NCBI GenBank assembly: GCA_965249575.1
Contig: OZ252244.1
Coordinates: 1,184,001-1,248,000, forward strand
Direction of reading: 5' to 3'
Length of the DNA: 64,000 bases
From: Gemmatimonadales bacterium
GTDB taxonomy: Bacteria; Gemmatimonadota; Gemmatimonadetes; Gemmatimonadales; GWC2-71-9
The notes beneath the pieces were generated by a model. It did not search any database, was not told the DNA's origin, and saw only the letters and a list, made by a program, of their open reading frames with translations. Within the stretch, counting starts at the first letter, position 1; the number at the start of each line of letters is the position of its first letter. A program made the translations under genes and the position numbers. Positions 1 through 10,006 of the stretch are shown piece by piece.

Positions 1-1634
1 AGCGCCGCCGCCGCGCCCGGGGGGATGATGCGCCACGATCGATCGGGGTAATCAACCGCGCGCAGGAGCTCCCGGCCCCGCACCCCGTTTTCGAGAAGGG
101 ATCGAATCGGCTGGCCGCGATCGTACAAGACCGGGAGCCCCGCCAGCAGTGAAAACCCTCCCCGGCCAAAACGCCTGTAGCTATCCAACGCCAACGTGAA
201 CGTATCATCGGACCCCACCAGGCTGCCCCGATGGCTGAGCTGTACCAGACGTGACCCGACCGGTCGTGTCAGATCGATTACGTAGTCGACGCCGGCTACG
301 ATGTCGACGCCGCGCGGAGGCGCGCCTGAAAGAGAGCGAGTTTCGGTTGGCGTATAGGAAGGAAGAACGGACAGGGCCCGCTCCATGTACGCACGCAGCG
401 TTTCCCCGTCGATGCGGACGGCGGTCAGCGTGCGATCGAAGGGATAGAGGCGAAATACGTCTCGCCGACGGAAGGCTCCTTCGAAGAGCCAGGTGTTGAC
501 GGCCGATATCGCCGAGAGCTGTGCGCCGGTTGCGGCGCGCTGCACCTGATGCACGAACTCCACGAACGACGCTTCGCCGACGGTGGCGAACTGCGTTCCC
601 CACACCCCCTCGACGCTGGCGAGCGGTGCCGCCATCCCATTCCGCGCGTCCTCGTGGGTCTGGCTCAATCTCCGGGCGAGCGCCGGATCGGGCTGGGTCC
701 CTCCTACCTTCACCCTGTCGACTCTGGTCCTGGCAACCCGTGGACCGCCCCCATCGGCCCTGAGCCACATGTGCACGACCGCGACGCTCAGTGCACCGGC
801 AGCGGGCTGGACGTATCGAACGCCGTCGATGACCGAGTCTCGTAGCGGACCGTCGGTATGTCCCAGGATGACGAGGTCCGGTTTCGACGTATGTGATGCC
901 AGCTCGCGCGCGACGTTCTCGGTCCCGACTCCGAGCGTATCATTCAGCCAGTCCCAGCGGCGATCCACCCCGCTGGACATCAGGACGACCTTCAAGTCGA
1001 CGCCCAGTTCGTCGAGCGCCTGGAGGCTCCCCTCCGCTGCGGGCCGCATGGGCGTGATGCCCACCTCTCGACCCACTTCTGGCGTCCAATCCATGACCCG
1101 CGACGTCGTAAAACCGGTGACGCCAACCGCGACGCCGGACCGCTCGAGGACGGCATATGGTTGATAGAGCAGGGTGTCGTAGGTCTCTCGCCGACGATTG
1201 ATGTTTCCGGAAACGATTGGGAGCGGTGCATCGGTGATCGCGCGGACGATGGCATCGAACCCGAACAGGAAATCGCGGTCTCCGAGGGTGACCGCGTCAT
1301 AGCCGATGCCGCTGAGGGCGTCGACGATGGGGCTGGGGCCTGGTGAGCGCGAGTTCAGGAAGTACCACGCCACGGAGTCGCCGTGCAATGCGTTGCCGGC
1401 GTCGAGGAGCACGACGCGCCGGGGGTGAGCCCTGCGAAGGGAGTCGACCACAGTGGCGACTCTACCCAGTCCCCACTGCGCCTCGCGGTCGGCCAGATAG
1501 TCCCAACCTACAACCCGCCCCCGTACATCCGCCGTGGCGACGATGACGACGTGAGACATGGTCTGCGCCGTACCGTTGCCCGGCGCACCTACCCCAGCGA
1601 GAGTCGAGACGAAAAGGGCGAGCACGCGTCGCAT
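1..1634 (-). CDS. 5'-nucleotidase/CpdB-like metallophosphoesterase homologue with degenerate metal-binding motifs (3' end runs off the window)
   Basis: Manual minus-strand translation from ATG 1634: signal peptide MRRVLALFVSTLAGVG..., then VVIVATADVRG, LLDAGNALHG, GYDAVTLGDRDF, LVILGHTD and a C-domain with YPFDRTL...GVDYVIDL. The frame is open to the window edge, so it is absent from the ORF track. Confidence 0.85.
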   Translation of the reverse strand, partial: MRRVLALFVSTLAGVGAPGNGTAQTMSHVVIVATADVRGRVVGWDYLADREAQWGLGRVATVVDSLRRAHPRRVVLLDAGNALHGDSVAWYFLNSRSPGPSPIVDALSGIGYDAVTLGDRDFLFGFDAIVRAITDAPLPIVSGNINRRRETYDTLLYQPYAVLERSGVAVGVTGFTTSRVMDWTPEVGREVGITPMRPAAEGSLQALDELGVDLKVVLMSSGVDRRWDWLNDTLGVGTENVARELASHTSKPDLVILGHTDGPLRDSVIDGVRYVQPAAGALSVAVVHMWLRADGGGPRVARTRVDRVKVGGTQPDPALARRLSQTHEDARNGMAAPLASVEGVWGTQFATVGEASFVEFVHQVQRAATGAQLSAISAVNTWLFEGAFRRRDVFRLYPFDRTLTAVRIDGETLRAYMERALSVLPSYTPTETRSLSGAPPRGVDIVAGVDYVIDLTRPVGSRLVQLSHRGSLVGSDDTFTLALDSYRRFGRGGFSLLAGLPVLYDRGQPIRSLLENGVRGRELLRAVDYPDRSWRIIPPGAAAA

Positions 1635-1803
1635 CGATACGCAATCTGGGAGAGGCGGGTACGTGACGCAATCATGATCCGGCCACCGGGTGCCGCTTCG
1701 GGGTTGCGATTGGACAAGCACGTTTGAGACTGAATCTCCGTGATCGCCTCGGGAGCCGGTGCTCTGCCTGGGTTCGTGGCGGCAACATATATTCGCGTTG
1801 GCC

Positions 1804-1836
1804 ATGCCATACCGCATTCTCGTAGTCGACGACGAG
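1804..1836 (+). pseudogene. N-terminal stub of a response regulator (PhoB-like)
   Basis: ATG-initiated MPYRILVVDDE is a receiver-domain start. It is joined directly to a pstS-like fragment. Only 11 codons; the PhoB assignment rests on context. Confidence 0.55.
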
Positions 1837-2060
1837 TGTCCATCACGGATCCTCCGGGGGCTGATGCATAGCCCATCGCGTCCTTAACCTGGATCCTGCT
1901 CCGGAGGAATACGAGAGCACGGAAATCGCTGACTCCCTGCTGGACTTCCAGTGGTGGGCAGTCACCGACGGTGAGAAGGACGCCCCGAACCTCGGCTGCG
2001 CGCCGATTCCGAGCCAGCTGACCCGCTGGATTGCGGACCGGCTTTCGACCCTCACGGCCC
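1833..2060 (+). pseudogene. pstS: C-terminal remnant of phosphate-binding protein PstS
   Basis: RVSITDPPGADA*PIASLTWILL (TAG at 1869 where PstS has the Tyr of AYPI), then a frameshift to LLDFQWWAVTDGEKDAPNLGCAPIP...IADRL. Confidence 0.75.
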
Positions 2061-2117
2061 AGCCGGTTTATCTTGCTCGGGTCGCGACGGCCGGAGCCGG
2101 ATTACCTCGGAGGCACA

Positions 2118-3299
2118 ATGACTAACGGTCGCCTGGGCCGAGTCTTGGCGGGTTCGTTCCGCTTGCTCATCCTCGCCCAGTTGACGCCCTCGGGGGCTAC
2201 CGCGCAGTCGCCGGAAGTACGCGTGCAAGGCCGCTTACAGGTCCACTACCGGTACAGCGCCGGCGAGGCGACGTCGAATTACGACGCGGACGCCGTCAAC
2301 AACGGCTTTGACGTGCGCCGACTGCGCATCCGGACGAGCGTGCGGCTGCGTGACAACGTCAACCTCATGATCCAGCCGAGCTTCGAGATGGGCAAGCTGC
2401 GCATGCGCGATGCCTATATGCGCGTCGGAATCGGGGAATACGTTCGGATCACCCTGGGCCAGGAGAAGTCCCCTTTTCAGCGCTACGAGCTTACCAGCTC
2501 GAACAGCCTCCCGTCCATCGAGCGGGGCCTACGCATCCGCGGGCTCAGCGGATTCGAAGCACTGAATGACGTACTCGTCAACAACGGATACGGCTCACAC
2601 GATATCGGCGCGTTTCTCGACGTGGCAAGCCCCGACGGCCGCTTCACCGTAAGGGGCGGCGTTCAGAACGGTTCCCGCGAGAGCGCGAGCGACGTCAACA
2701 ATGCCAAGAGCTTCTTCGGGCGGGTCACCGCCACCGTCCTCGCCGACTCGGACGGCGAGCCACTCGTGCGAATCGGAGGGTCGATTGCTGCCCGTGACCG
2801 AGCGATCTGCTCGGTCTGTACCGGCAGTATCGCGTTCCATCCGGATTCCTCGTGGTATACGACCGCGTTCGGCGCCGACCTGGAGATCGGCGGCTTTCGA
2901 GGCGGGCCGCATGTCGTTGCGGACTTCGCGACGGGAGACATCGTACCGCTGGCGCTCCGGGTGAACGATGGACGGAATACGGGGAACGTGACGAGCAGCA
3001 CCCCGGGAAACTCCGCCAAGTTCTGGGGCGTCCACGCCGTCGCGTCCTACCACATCGTCACGACGGGCAGCGACCGGCGGTTGGTCACCATGGTCGAGCC
3101 AGCGTTCCGCGTCGACGTCACGAACACCGACACACGGACCCCGAACACCACGAGCATCCTCCTCACTCCGGTTGTCAACGTTCACTTCAGCCGGTCTGCC
3201 GTACTCCGTGCCGGCGTCGACGTGTTTCTCTACGACGACGCGGCCGGCGCTCGTCAGACGGCCGGCGAGTTGAAGGTCGCTTGGCAGGCGAGCTTCTGA
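2118..3299 (+). CDS. Phosphate-selective porin O/P-like outer-membrane protein
   Basis: GGAGG RBS, signal peptide, GFDVRRLRI / RMRDAYM / LGQEKSPF motifs, C-terminal Phe (WQASF). Confidence 0.8.
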   Translation: MTNGRLGRVLAGSFRLLILAQLTPSGATAQSPEVRVQGRLQVHYRYSAGEATSNYDADAVNNGFDVRRLRIRTSVRLRDNVNLMIQPSFEMGKLRMRDAYMRVGIGEYVRITLGQEKSPFQRYELTSSNSLPSIERGLRIRGLSGFEALNDVLVNNGYGSHDIGAFLDVASPDGRFTVRGGVQNGSRESASDVNNAKSFFGRVTATVLADSDGEPLVRIGGSIAARDRAICSVCTGSIAFHPDSSWYTTAFGADLEIGGFRGGPHVVADFATGDIVPLALRVNDGRNTGNVTSSTPGNSAKFWGVHAVASYHIVTTGSDRRLVTMVEPAFRVDVTNTDTRTPNTTSILLTPVVNVHFSRSAVLRAGVDVFLYDDAAGARQTAGELKVAWQASF

Positions 3300-3354
3300 G
3301 ATCTCACGAGGGACCCGGCTCAGAAGAGGACCCGCCGCTCCGCCATCGCCGGCC

Positions 3355-3465
3355 CAGCGGGTCGCAGACCTCGCCACCAACATCTGTGAGGACGTGGTAT
3401 TCCTCGTGGAGGGGAAGACGATCAAACATCACGCGGAGGAGAGCCAGACGACACAGGCCGGCTAA
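3355..3465 (+). pseudogene. phoU: C-terminal remnant of PhoU
   Basis: QRVADLATNICEDVVFLVEGKTIKHHAEE...* matches the PhoU end motif ERxxDxATNIxExVxFxVxG. No start codon or N-terminal part is present. Confidence 0.8.
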
Positions 3466-3491
3466 CCGCTGAGAGACGGTCCCGTCTCTCA

Positions 3492-4256
3492 CTACCCTCC
3501 CGCCGGCGGCCTTGCCCTGAGTGGACGCCGATGCGCGGCCAGCAACTCGGGCTTTGCGAACGCCTTGATGAGTGCGACGCCCGCGACGAAACCGCCCACA
3601 TGGGCCATGAAGGCCACGCCGCCGCCCTCCCCCCCGGTGCCCGCTAGCATCGGGATCCCGCCCACGACCTGTAGCAAGGCCCAGTAGAGCAGCATGAGGT
3701 ACGCCGGTACGGCAACGGTCGTCACAAAGAATCCGAGGAACAGGAGCATGTGCACGCGCACCCGCGGGTACAGGACCAAGTAGGCACCCATAACACCGCT
3801 GATTGCGCCCGAAGCTCCAACCATCGGCACCGCCGATTCGGGACGGACCAGAATCTGCGCCAGCGCCGCCAGGATCCCGCACAACAGGTAAAACCCCACG
3901 AATCGCGCGTGTCCCATCGAGTCTTCGATGTTGTTGCCGAAGACCCAGAGAAACCACATGTTCCCGATCAGGTGGAACCACCCCCCGTGGAGGAAAATCG
4001 AAGACAGCACGGTGTACCACGGCGCGGGGGCACTCAGCACGCACGAGAGACCGGGGCCGATGGGCACTCGAGTGCCCATTGGAACCCGTTGGAGCAGCTC
4101 GGCCGGTATCGCTCCGAGCTCGCACACCGATCGCGAAAAGGTCGGCTGTAGTCCAGCCCCCTGCACGAACAGCCACACCGCGCTGGTGGCGGCGATGAGC
4201 CCCAGGGTCACGATCGGGGTCAGGTTGGTGGGGTTATCGTCTCGGTAGGGAAACAT
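3492..4256 (-). CDS. Rhomboid intramembrane serine protease
   Basis: FLHGGWFHLIGNM, GASGA (catalytic Ser), AHVGG (catalytic His). Confidence 0.95.
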   Translation of the reverse strand: MFPYRDDNPTNLTPIVTLGLIAATSAVWLFVQGAGLQPTFSRSVCELGAIPAELLQRVPMGTRVPIGPGLSCVLSAPAPWYTVLSSIFLHGGWFHLIGNMWFLWVFGNNIEDSMGHARFVGFYLLCGILAALAQILVRPESAVPMVGASGAISGVMGAYLVLYPRVRVHMLLFLGFFVTTVAVPAYLMLLYWALLQVVGGIPMLAGTGGEGGGVAFMAHVGGFVAGVALIKAFAKPELLAAHRRPLRARPPAGG

Positions 4257-4368
4257 CGCTGCAAACTAACCGCTCTCACCCGGGCGGGCCCATCCCCGGC
4301 GAGGCGGCAGCCGTCGGTACCAGGTCGTGTGCCGGAGATTAGTGGCCCGAGACAACGGTAAACGCAAG

Positions 4369-4446
4369 TGGTATAATGAGATGCAGATAGATCACCCCTC
4401 GCTAGATTCCTGCCAAATTGGCACCTATTCGTGGTACGTGCCTTGC
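4369..4446 (+). promoter_or_regulatory. dnaK promoter region: extended -10 box, palindrome and sigma-54 -24/-12 element
   Basis: TGgTATAAT at 4369-4377; TGCCAA-A-TTGGCA palindrome at 4411-4423; TGGTACG-N4-TTGC at 4432-4446. Confidence 0.6.
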
Positions 4447-4504
4447 GTTTGCGACCGGGGAGCGATTCTACACATCTGTCATCTCAGGTAAGGAGCTCGC
4501 CACA

Positions 4505-6433
4505 ATGGGGCAGAAAGTCATTGGCATCGATTTGGGCACGACCAACTCCGTGGTCTCGGTCATGGAGGGTGGTGACCCTGTTGTCATTCCCAACTCCGAA
4601 GGGGGTCGTACGACCCCTTCCGTGGTCGCGTTCACAAAGGATGGGGAGCGGCTCGTCGGGCAAGTGGCGAAGCGACAGGCGGTCACCAACCCCCAGAACA
4701 CGGTCTTTTCGATAAAGCGCTTCATGGGCCGGCGCGTGTCGGAGGTCTCCGAGGAGTCGAAACGCGTCCCGTACAAAGTCTCGTCTGGGAAGAACGACCT
4801 CGCTTCGGTCGACATCCAGGGGAAGACGTACACGCCCCCCGAGATCTCCGCGATGATCCTGCAGAAGATGCGGCAGACTGCGGAGGACTACCTGGGCTAC
4901 AAGGTCGAGAAGGCGGTGGTCACGGTTCCGGCCTATTTCAACGACTCGCAGCGCCAAGCCACCAAAGACGCCGGCCGCATTGCCGGCCTCGAGGTGCTCC
5001 GGATCATCAACGAGCCTACGGCGGCCGCGCTGGCGTACGGTTTGGAGAAGAAAAAAGAGGAGAAGATCGCGGTGTTCGACCTCGGAGGCGGGACGTACGA
5101 CATCTCGATCCTCGAGCTTGCCGAGGGTGTTTTCGAGGTCAAGAGCACGAACGGCGACACCCACCTTGGCGGTGACGACTTCGACCAGCGCATCATCGAA
5201 TGGCTCGTCGCCGAATTCAAGAAAGACCAGGGGATCGACCTCTCCAAGGACCCGATGGCGATTCAGCGGCTCAAGGAAGCAGCTGAAAAGGCCAAGATGG
5301 AGCTATCGACCGCGATGCAGACCGAAATCAACCTGCCGTTCATTACGGCAGATCAGTCCGGTCCCAAGCACCTGAACATCACGCTCGCGCGGTCGAAGCT
5401 CGAGCAGTTGGTGGACGACCTGGTCCAACGCACGCTTCCGCCGATGAAACAGGCGCTGAAGGATGCCGGGCTGCAACCGGCCGACATCAACGAGGTGATC
5501 CTGGTCGGCGGATCCACCCGCATGCCGAAGGTCCAGGAGATCGTCAAAGGGTTCTTCGAGCGAGAGCCGCACAAGGGCGTCAACCCCGACGAAGTGGTCG
5601 CCATCGGTGCGGCAATCCAGGGCGGGGTGCTGGCCGGGGACGTAAAGGACGTGCTTCTGCTCGACGTGACACCGCTCTCCCTCGGGATCGAGACCCTGGG
5701 CGGAGTTACCACGGTTCTGATCTCGCGGAACACGACCATCCCGACCAAGAAATCGGAGGTCTTTTCCACGGCGGAGGACAGCCAGACCACCGTCGAGATC
5801 CACGTGTTACAAGGCGAGCGGGAGATGGCAATCGACAACCGCACCATTGGCCGATTCCAGCTCACCGGAATTCCGCCGGCGCCTCGCGGCATGCCACAGA
5901 TCGAGGTGACGTTCGACATCGATGCCAACGGGATCCTCCACGTGTCCGCCAAGGACAAGGCGACCGGCAAGGAGCAAAAGATCCGTATCGAGGCATCGAG
6001 TGGTTTGTCGGAACAGGAGATCGAGAAGATGGTCGGCGCGGCCTCCGAGCATGCCGAAGAGGACAAGAAGCGGCGGGAGGAGATCGAACATCGGAACCGC
6101 TTGGACGCCATGGTTTACGAAGTGGAGAAGAACAGCAAGGAATGGGCGGACCGCCTGGAAAGCAGCCAAAAGGAGCGGCTGGATGCGGCGGTGGATTCAG
6201 CCAAGAAGGCGCTCCGTTCTGGAGCGAAGGGCGAGATCGATGCCGCCCTGGAGGAGTTGTCGCAGGCCTATTCGGCCGCCGGCGCCTCGCTCTACGAGGC
6301 GACTCAGGCGCAAGAGCAAGAGCAGGAGCAGGCCGCCGGCTCGGAGGCCCCAGATGGGGAGGCCAAGGCAGACTCGAAACCCGAGGACGTCGTCGAGGCC
6401 GACTACGAGATCGTGGACGAGCAGAAATCGTAA
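4505..6433 (+). CDS. dnaK: Molecular chaperone DnaK (Hsp70)
   Basis: [25 protein letters not shown] motifs. An AAGGAG RBS favours ATG 4505. Confidence 0.99.
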   Translation: MGQKVIGIDLGTTNSVVSVMEGGDPVVIPNSEGGRTTPSVVAFTKDGERLVGQVAKRQAVTNPQNTVFSIKRFMGRRVSEVSEESKRVPYKVSSGKNDLASVDIQGKTYTPPEISAMILQKMRQTAEDYLGYKVEKAVVTVPAYFNDSQRQATKDAGRIAGLEVLRIINEPTAAALAYGLEKKKEEKIAVFDLGGGTYDISILELAEGVFEVKSTNGDTHLGGDDFDQRIIEWLVAEFKKDQGIDLSKDPMAIQRLKEAAEKAKMELSTAMQTEINLPFITADQSGPKHLNITLARSKLEQLVDDLVQRTLPPMKQALKDAGLQPADINEVILVGGSTRMPKVQEIVKGFFEREPHKGVNPDEVVAIGAAIQGGVLAGDVKDVLLLDVTPLSLGIETLGGVTTVLISRNTTIPTKKSEVFSTAEDSQTTVEIHVLQGEREMAIDNRTIGRFQLTGIPPAPRGMPQIEVTFDIDANGILHVSAKDKATGKEQKIRIEASSGLSEQEIEKMVGAASEHAEEDKKRREEIEHRNRLDAMVYEVEKNSKEWADRLESSQKERLDAAVDSAKKALRSGAKGEIDAALEELSQAYSAAGASLYEATQAQEQEQEQAAGSEAPDGEAKADSKPEDVVEADYEIVDEQKS

Positions 6434-6511
6434 CGTCAACGGTCGATTGCCGAGCCCCAACCCGGAGCGAACTCCGCTTCGGGCGTCGGTTACTGACTAT
6501 CGAGGAATGAC

Positions 6512-8092
6512 ATGACCAGCAAGCAGGACGCATCCACGACACGCACTCGCGCTTGGACGCGGTTCGGATTATTGCTAGCGCTCACGCTTGTCCTAGGCGT
6601 TGGACTGGCCTGGACCGTTTACATGCCGACGCACTCCGAGGCTCAGCAACGCGTCGTGGCTTCGCTTCAGGCCACCGCTCCGGCGCCGGTGGCCGAGCCG
6701 ACCGCTCTGACCCATTGGAACGACGCCTTTACGGCGGCCGCGGAAGCCGTGCGGCCCGCGGTTGTTTTCATCCGTGCCGAAACCCGTGAAGAGGCCACTG
6801 CGCAGCGTCGGTCACCGTCGCCGTTCTGGTTCGACGTTCCGGACGACCGATCCCCGCGGCGGCGCCAGGGATCGGGGAGCGGCTTCATCATCTCTCCCGA
6901 CGGGTACATCTTCACGAATAATCACGTCGTGGAGGGCACGACGAAGCTCGAGGTGTTGCTGTTCGACCGGCGGGAGTTCCCGGCAAAGGTCGTGGGGCGC
7001 GATCCCGATACCGACGTGGCGGTGATCAAGATCGATGCGGAGGACCTTCCAGCCGTCTCGTTCGGCGATTCCGATTCGGTCCGCGTAGGCGAATGGGTGC
7101 TCGCCGTCGGGAACCCACTGGGCGAACAGTTCTCGTTTACAGTCACCGCCGGCATCGTGAGCGCCAAGGGCCGGCGGCTCGGCCTTTCGGGACAGACCCA
7201 GTACCGCATTCACGATTTCATCCAGACAGACGCGGCGATCAACCGTGGAAACTCGGGCGGGCCACTCGTCAACGCCCGGGGTCAGGTGATCGGAATCAAC
7301 TCTGCCATCGCGAGCGAGACGGGGTTCTACCAGGGATACGGATTCGCCATCCCGAGCAGCCTCGCCCGCACCGTGGGGCAACAGCTCATTTCGAAGGGGA
7401 AGGTCACGCGTGCAGTTCTCGGGATCTCCATCCGGCCCATCGAACCCGAGGACGCGGCGTACGTCGGCCTGGATTCCATTCGAGGCGTTGTGGTGCAGGA
7501 TTTCTCTGGGCGGGACAGTCCGGCGCGGCGCGCCGGCCTCGAGCCCGGGGACGTGATTGTCGCCCTCGATGGAGAGACCATTACCTCCGTCGCGCAGTTG
7601 CAGCAGGCGGTCCGCTTCAAGACACCTGGCGAGGAAGTCAGAGTTACCGTCCAACGGCAGGGCGGGGAGCAGGCGAAGTATGGCGTGCGCCTCATGTCCG
7701 CGCCCGATGACAACGAGCGGGTAGCATCGGGCGCCGCGCGGCCCGATCCATCGGACGGAAGCGAGAGCTACCAACAGAAGCTCGGCATCAATGTCCGAGA
7801 GCTGGACGAAGCCGAAGCCAGCCGTCAGCAACTTTCCGGGGAGAACGTCGGGCTGGTCGTGACGCACGTCGATCCGGATGGTCCCTCGGAGGGCAAGCTG
7901 CTACCCCAGCGAGACCCGAACGGAACGGACATCATCACGCACATAAACAACAGGCGGGTTCGAACCCTCTCGGAACTGAACTCGGCGCTTGCACGCGTCG
8001 CGTCGGGCGAGATCGTATCGCTCAGGACCGTTCTCCGTGCGCGGAGCGGGAGCCTTTCCCGTGTCGTACGCATTCGGGTAGGCGGACCGTAG
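6512..8092 (+). CDS. degP: DegP/HtrA (Do) serine protease with two PDZ domains
   Basis: TNNHVV, DVAVIKI, INRGNSGGPL catalytic triad; N-terminal signal/TM segment. Confidence 0.93.
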   Translation: MTSKQDASTTRTRAWTRFGLLLALTLVLGVGLAWTVYMPTHSEAQQRVVASLQATAPAPVAEPTALTHWNDAFTAAAEAVRPAVVFIRAETREEATAQRRSPSPFWFDVPDDRSPRRRQGSGSGFIISPDGYIFTNNHVVEGTTKLEVLLFDRREFPAKVVGRDPDTDVAVIKIDAEDLPAVSFGDSDSVRVGEWVLAVGNPLGEQFSFTVTAGIVSAKGRRLGLSGQTQYRIHDFIQTDAAINRGNSGGPLVNARGQVIGINSAIASETGFYQGYGFAIPSSLARTVGQQLISKGKVTRAVLGISIRPIEPEDAAYVGLDSIRGVVVQDFSGRDSPARRAGLEPGDVIVALDGETITSVAQLQQAVRFKTPGEEVRVTVQRQGGEQAKYGVRLMSAPDDNERVASGAARPDPSDGSESYQQKLGINVRELDEAEASRQQLSGENVGLVVTHVDPDGPSEGKLLPQRDPNGTDIITHINNRRVRTLSELNSALARVASGEIVSLRTVLRARSGSLSRVVRIRVGGP

Positions 8093-8111
8093 GTCGTACG
8101 GCATCGGATAA

Positions 8112-8146
8112 GACGCGCCCGGCCGCCAGGTCGGGCGCGTTTTCTT
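8112..8146 (+). terminator. Intrinsic terminator after dnaK-degP
   Basis: GACGCGCCCGGCC-gcca-GGTCGGGCGCGT stem followed by TTTTCTT. Confidence 0.8.
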
Positions 8147-8263
8147 GACCGGATCGATTAGTGCGGCAACCGACAGGCGCGCCCTCGCGTGATCTGCGAC
8201 GAGCAATATATTGGATCCTGGTTGCTTCCCTTGGGCAGGGCGACTTCCGCCAAAGGAGCGGCG

Positions 8264-8803
8264 ATGGACTTTCAGAGGATCCTGCGGGAAGGACTCGTGG
8301 CAGGCTTGATCGGTGCAGCTTCAGTTGCGGTCTGGTTTCTCCTTGTGGACGTGGTAGCGGGACAGCCGTTGTTCACGCCGGCCATGCTCGGCGATGCGGT
8401 GTTCTGGGGAGAGCGGAACCCCGACACTGTCGATGTCACGTTCGCCCGGGTGATCGCCTACACGATGCTTCACTTCGTGGCGTTTGGGGTCGTGGGAATG
8501 ATCGCGGCGTTGATGGCCCACGAGGTTGAGCGCTTCCCGACCACGCTCTTCATCGGCGTGGTCTTCTTTGCGGTGTTCGAGGTCGGGTTCTACATCGTCG
8601 TTGCAATCATGGCGAGTCCGCTCCTGGGCGCGTTGGCATGGTGGAACGTCGCGATCGGCAACGCCATTGCCGCCTTGGGAATGGGCTACTACCTGTGGCG
8701 CATGCACCCGAAGCTGCGGGAGAAGCTCGCGACGCACCCCCTGGGCGAGCCGGCGGAGGAGCCCATCGTCGCGCCACCCCAGCCGCCGGTGGAGAACCGC
8801 TAG
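8264..8803 (+). CDS. Hypothetical 4-TM membrane protein
   Basis: AAGGAG RBS, MDFQRILREGLVAGLIGAA..., four hydrophobic segments. Confidence 0.8.
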   Translation: MDFQRILREGLVAGLIGAASVAVWFLLVDVVAGQPLFTPAMLGDAVFWGERNPDTVDVTFARVIAYTMLHFVAFGVVGMIAALMAHEVERFPTTLFIGVVFFAVFEVGFYIVVAIMASPLLGALAWWNVAIGNAIAALGMGYYLWRMHPKLREKLATHPLGEPAEEPIVAPPQPPVENR

Positions 8804-9684
8804 GCAGAACGCGGTTCGTCGGAGCCGGCAGCGGGTTCAGGCCGGCGTTCGATCGGCAACGGCCCCTCGTCCGCGGGCCGTTGTCCTTCCTGGGCGGCCC
8901 ATCGGAACCAGACGATCGTCATGGCCGCCCACACGACCAGCATACCAGGGACCCACATGATCAGCCCCCCGATACGCTGATCCTCGAGCGGCGTGAGCGG
9001 AAGCACCCGCGGGGCCTGAACGTACCACAGATACAATGGCCGCTCCGCCAACGTGATGAGGGCGCCAACGAGAGCCATCGGCAGGCCGAGTGCGAACAAA
9101 TAGATGAGTTGGCCCGCAAACGGGAGGCGGGGGTACTTGCCCGTGGGACTCAGAATGGGCCACCACCCCAACGTCGCGGCGGCCGTCAGTGAGATATGCA
9201 TGCCGATGTGCACGTCGTGATCCACCATCGCCGCATCATAGGCAAATGGGAAATGCCACAACGCCAGCACGCCGCTCGCTACACCAAACGTGACGACCGG
9301 CTTCGTGAGGAATCGCGCGACTGTGTCGATCACTCGCGAGCGGGTTAGCCACTCGACCACCCAGCCCGGCGTGCCGAGCAGAAGACAGACGGGAACGGCG
9401 TAGGTGAACAGCAGCGGGTGCTGGACCATGTGCGCGCTAAAGAGGTAACGGTCGCTCAGATCGTGCAACGGGCCGTTGAGCGCCACGACGAGGATGGCGA
9501 ACGCCCCGCCCAGAAAAGCGACCTGCCGCCACGACGCACGGCGCTTCAGCCGGCGCCCAAGCGCGCCGATGAGGAGTGCGTAACATCCCGCGATCGTGGC
9601 GATCCCCGCCAGAGCGCTGGGATACCACTTCCAGAATGTCCATCGGAACGGCTCGGCCAGTGCGAGATCCACTGCGGTCATCAT
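8800..9684 (-). CDS. ctaG: caa3-type cytochrome c oxidase assembly factor CtaG
   Basis: FSAHMVQH, WHFP..YD, DQRIGGLIMWVPG; last gene of the cox operon. Confidence 0.9.
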   Translation of the reverse strand: MMTAVDLALAEPFRWTFWKWYPSALAGIATIAGCYALLIGALGRRLKRRASWRQVAFLGGAFAILVVALNGPLHDLSDRYLFSAHMVQHPLLFTYAVPVCLLLGTPGWVVEWLTRSRVIDTVARFLTKPVVTFGVASGVLALWHFPFAYDAAMVDHDVHIGMHISLTAAATLGWWPILSPTGKYPRLPFAGQLIYLFALGLPMALVGALITLAERPLYLWYVQAPRVLPLTPLEDQRIGGLIMWVPGMLVVWAAMTIVWFRWAAQEGQRPADEGPLPIERRPEPAAGSDEPRSA

Positions 9685-9697
9685 CGACGGCGCGTAA

Positions 9698-10006
9698 TCA
9701 CCCCAACGAGAACGCCCCCAACAGGAAGAGCAACGCGATGATCACGGCCGTCGCGATGAGCAGCGGAAGGGCGAACACGAACGTGAAAAGCTTGTGGTCG
9801 CTCTTGAGGTGCATGTAGAACATGACGACCAGCGCGAACTTCCCGGCAGACAGGAGAAGCAAAGTCGGCGCGAGCAGCGGCGCGAACGCGGGGACGTAGA
9901 ATACCCCGACCTCGACGAACGTGATTACAGCGAGCACAGCCGCGACGGCCAGGTATGTCCCGGTCGAGGGGTGCTGATGCTCTGACGCGCTCGATTGATC
10001 CGTCAT
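9698..10006 (-). CDS. ctaF: Cytochrome c oxidase subunit IV
   Basis: KFALVVMFYMHLK motif. ATG 10006 overlaps the subunit III stop (ATGA); the ORF-track start is over-extended. Confidence 0.9.
   Translation of the reverse strand: MTDQSSASEHQHPSTGTYLAVAAVLAVITFVEVGVFYVPAFAPLLAPTLLLLSAGKFALVVMFYMHLKSDHKLFTFVFALPLLIATAVIIALLFLLGAFSLG

Noticed and set aside
205..1727. ORF-track ORFs in this interval, and long antisense ORFs elsewhere (e.g. 36471..37769, 17918..18997, 6812..7867)
   Set aside because: They are shadow frames of real genes, as expected in high-GC DNA.
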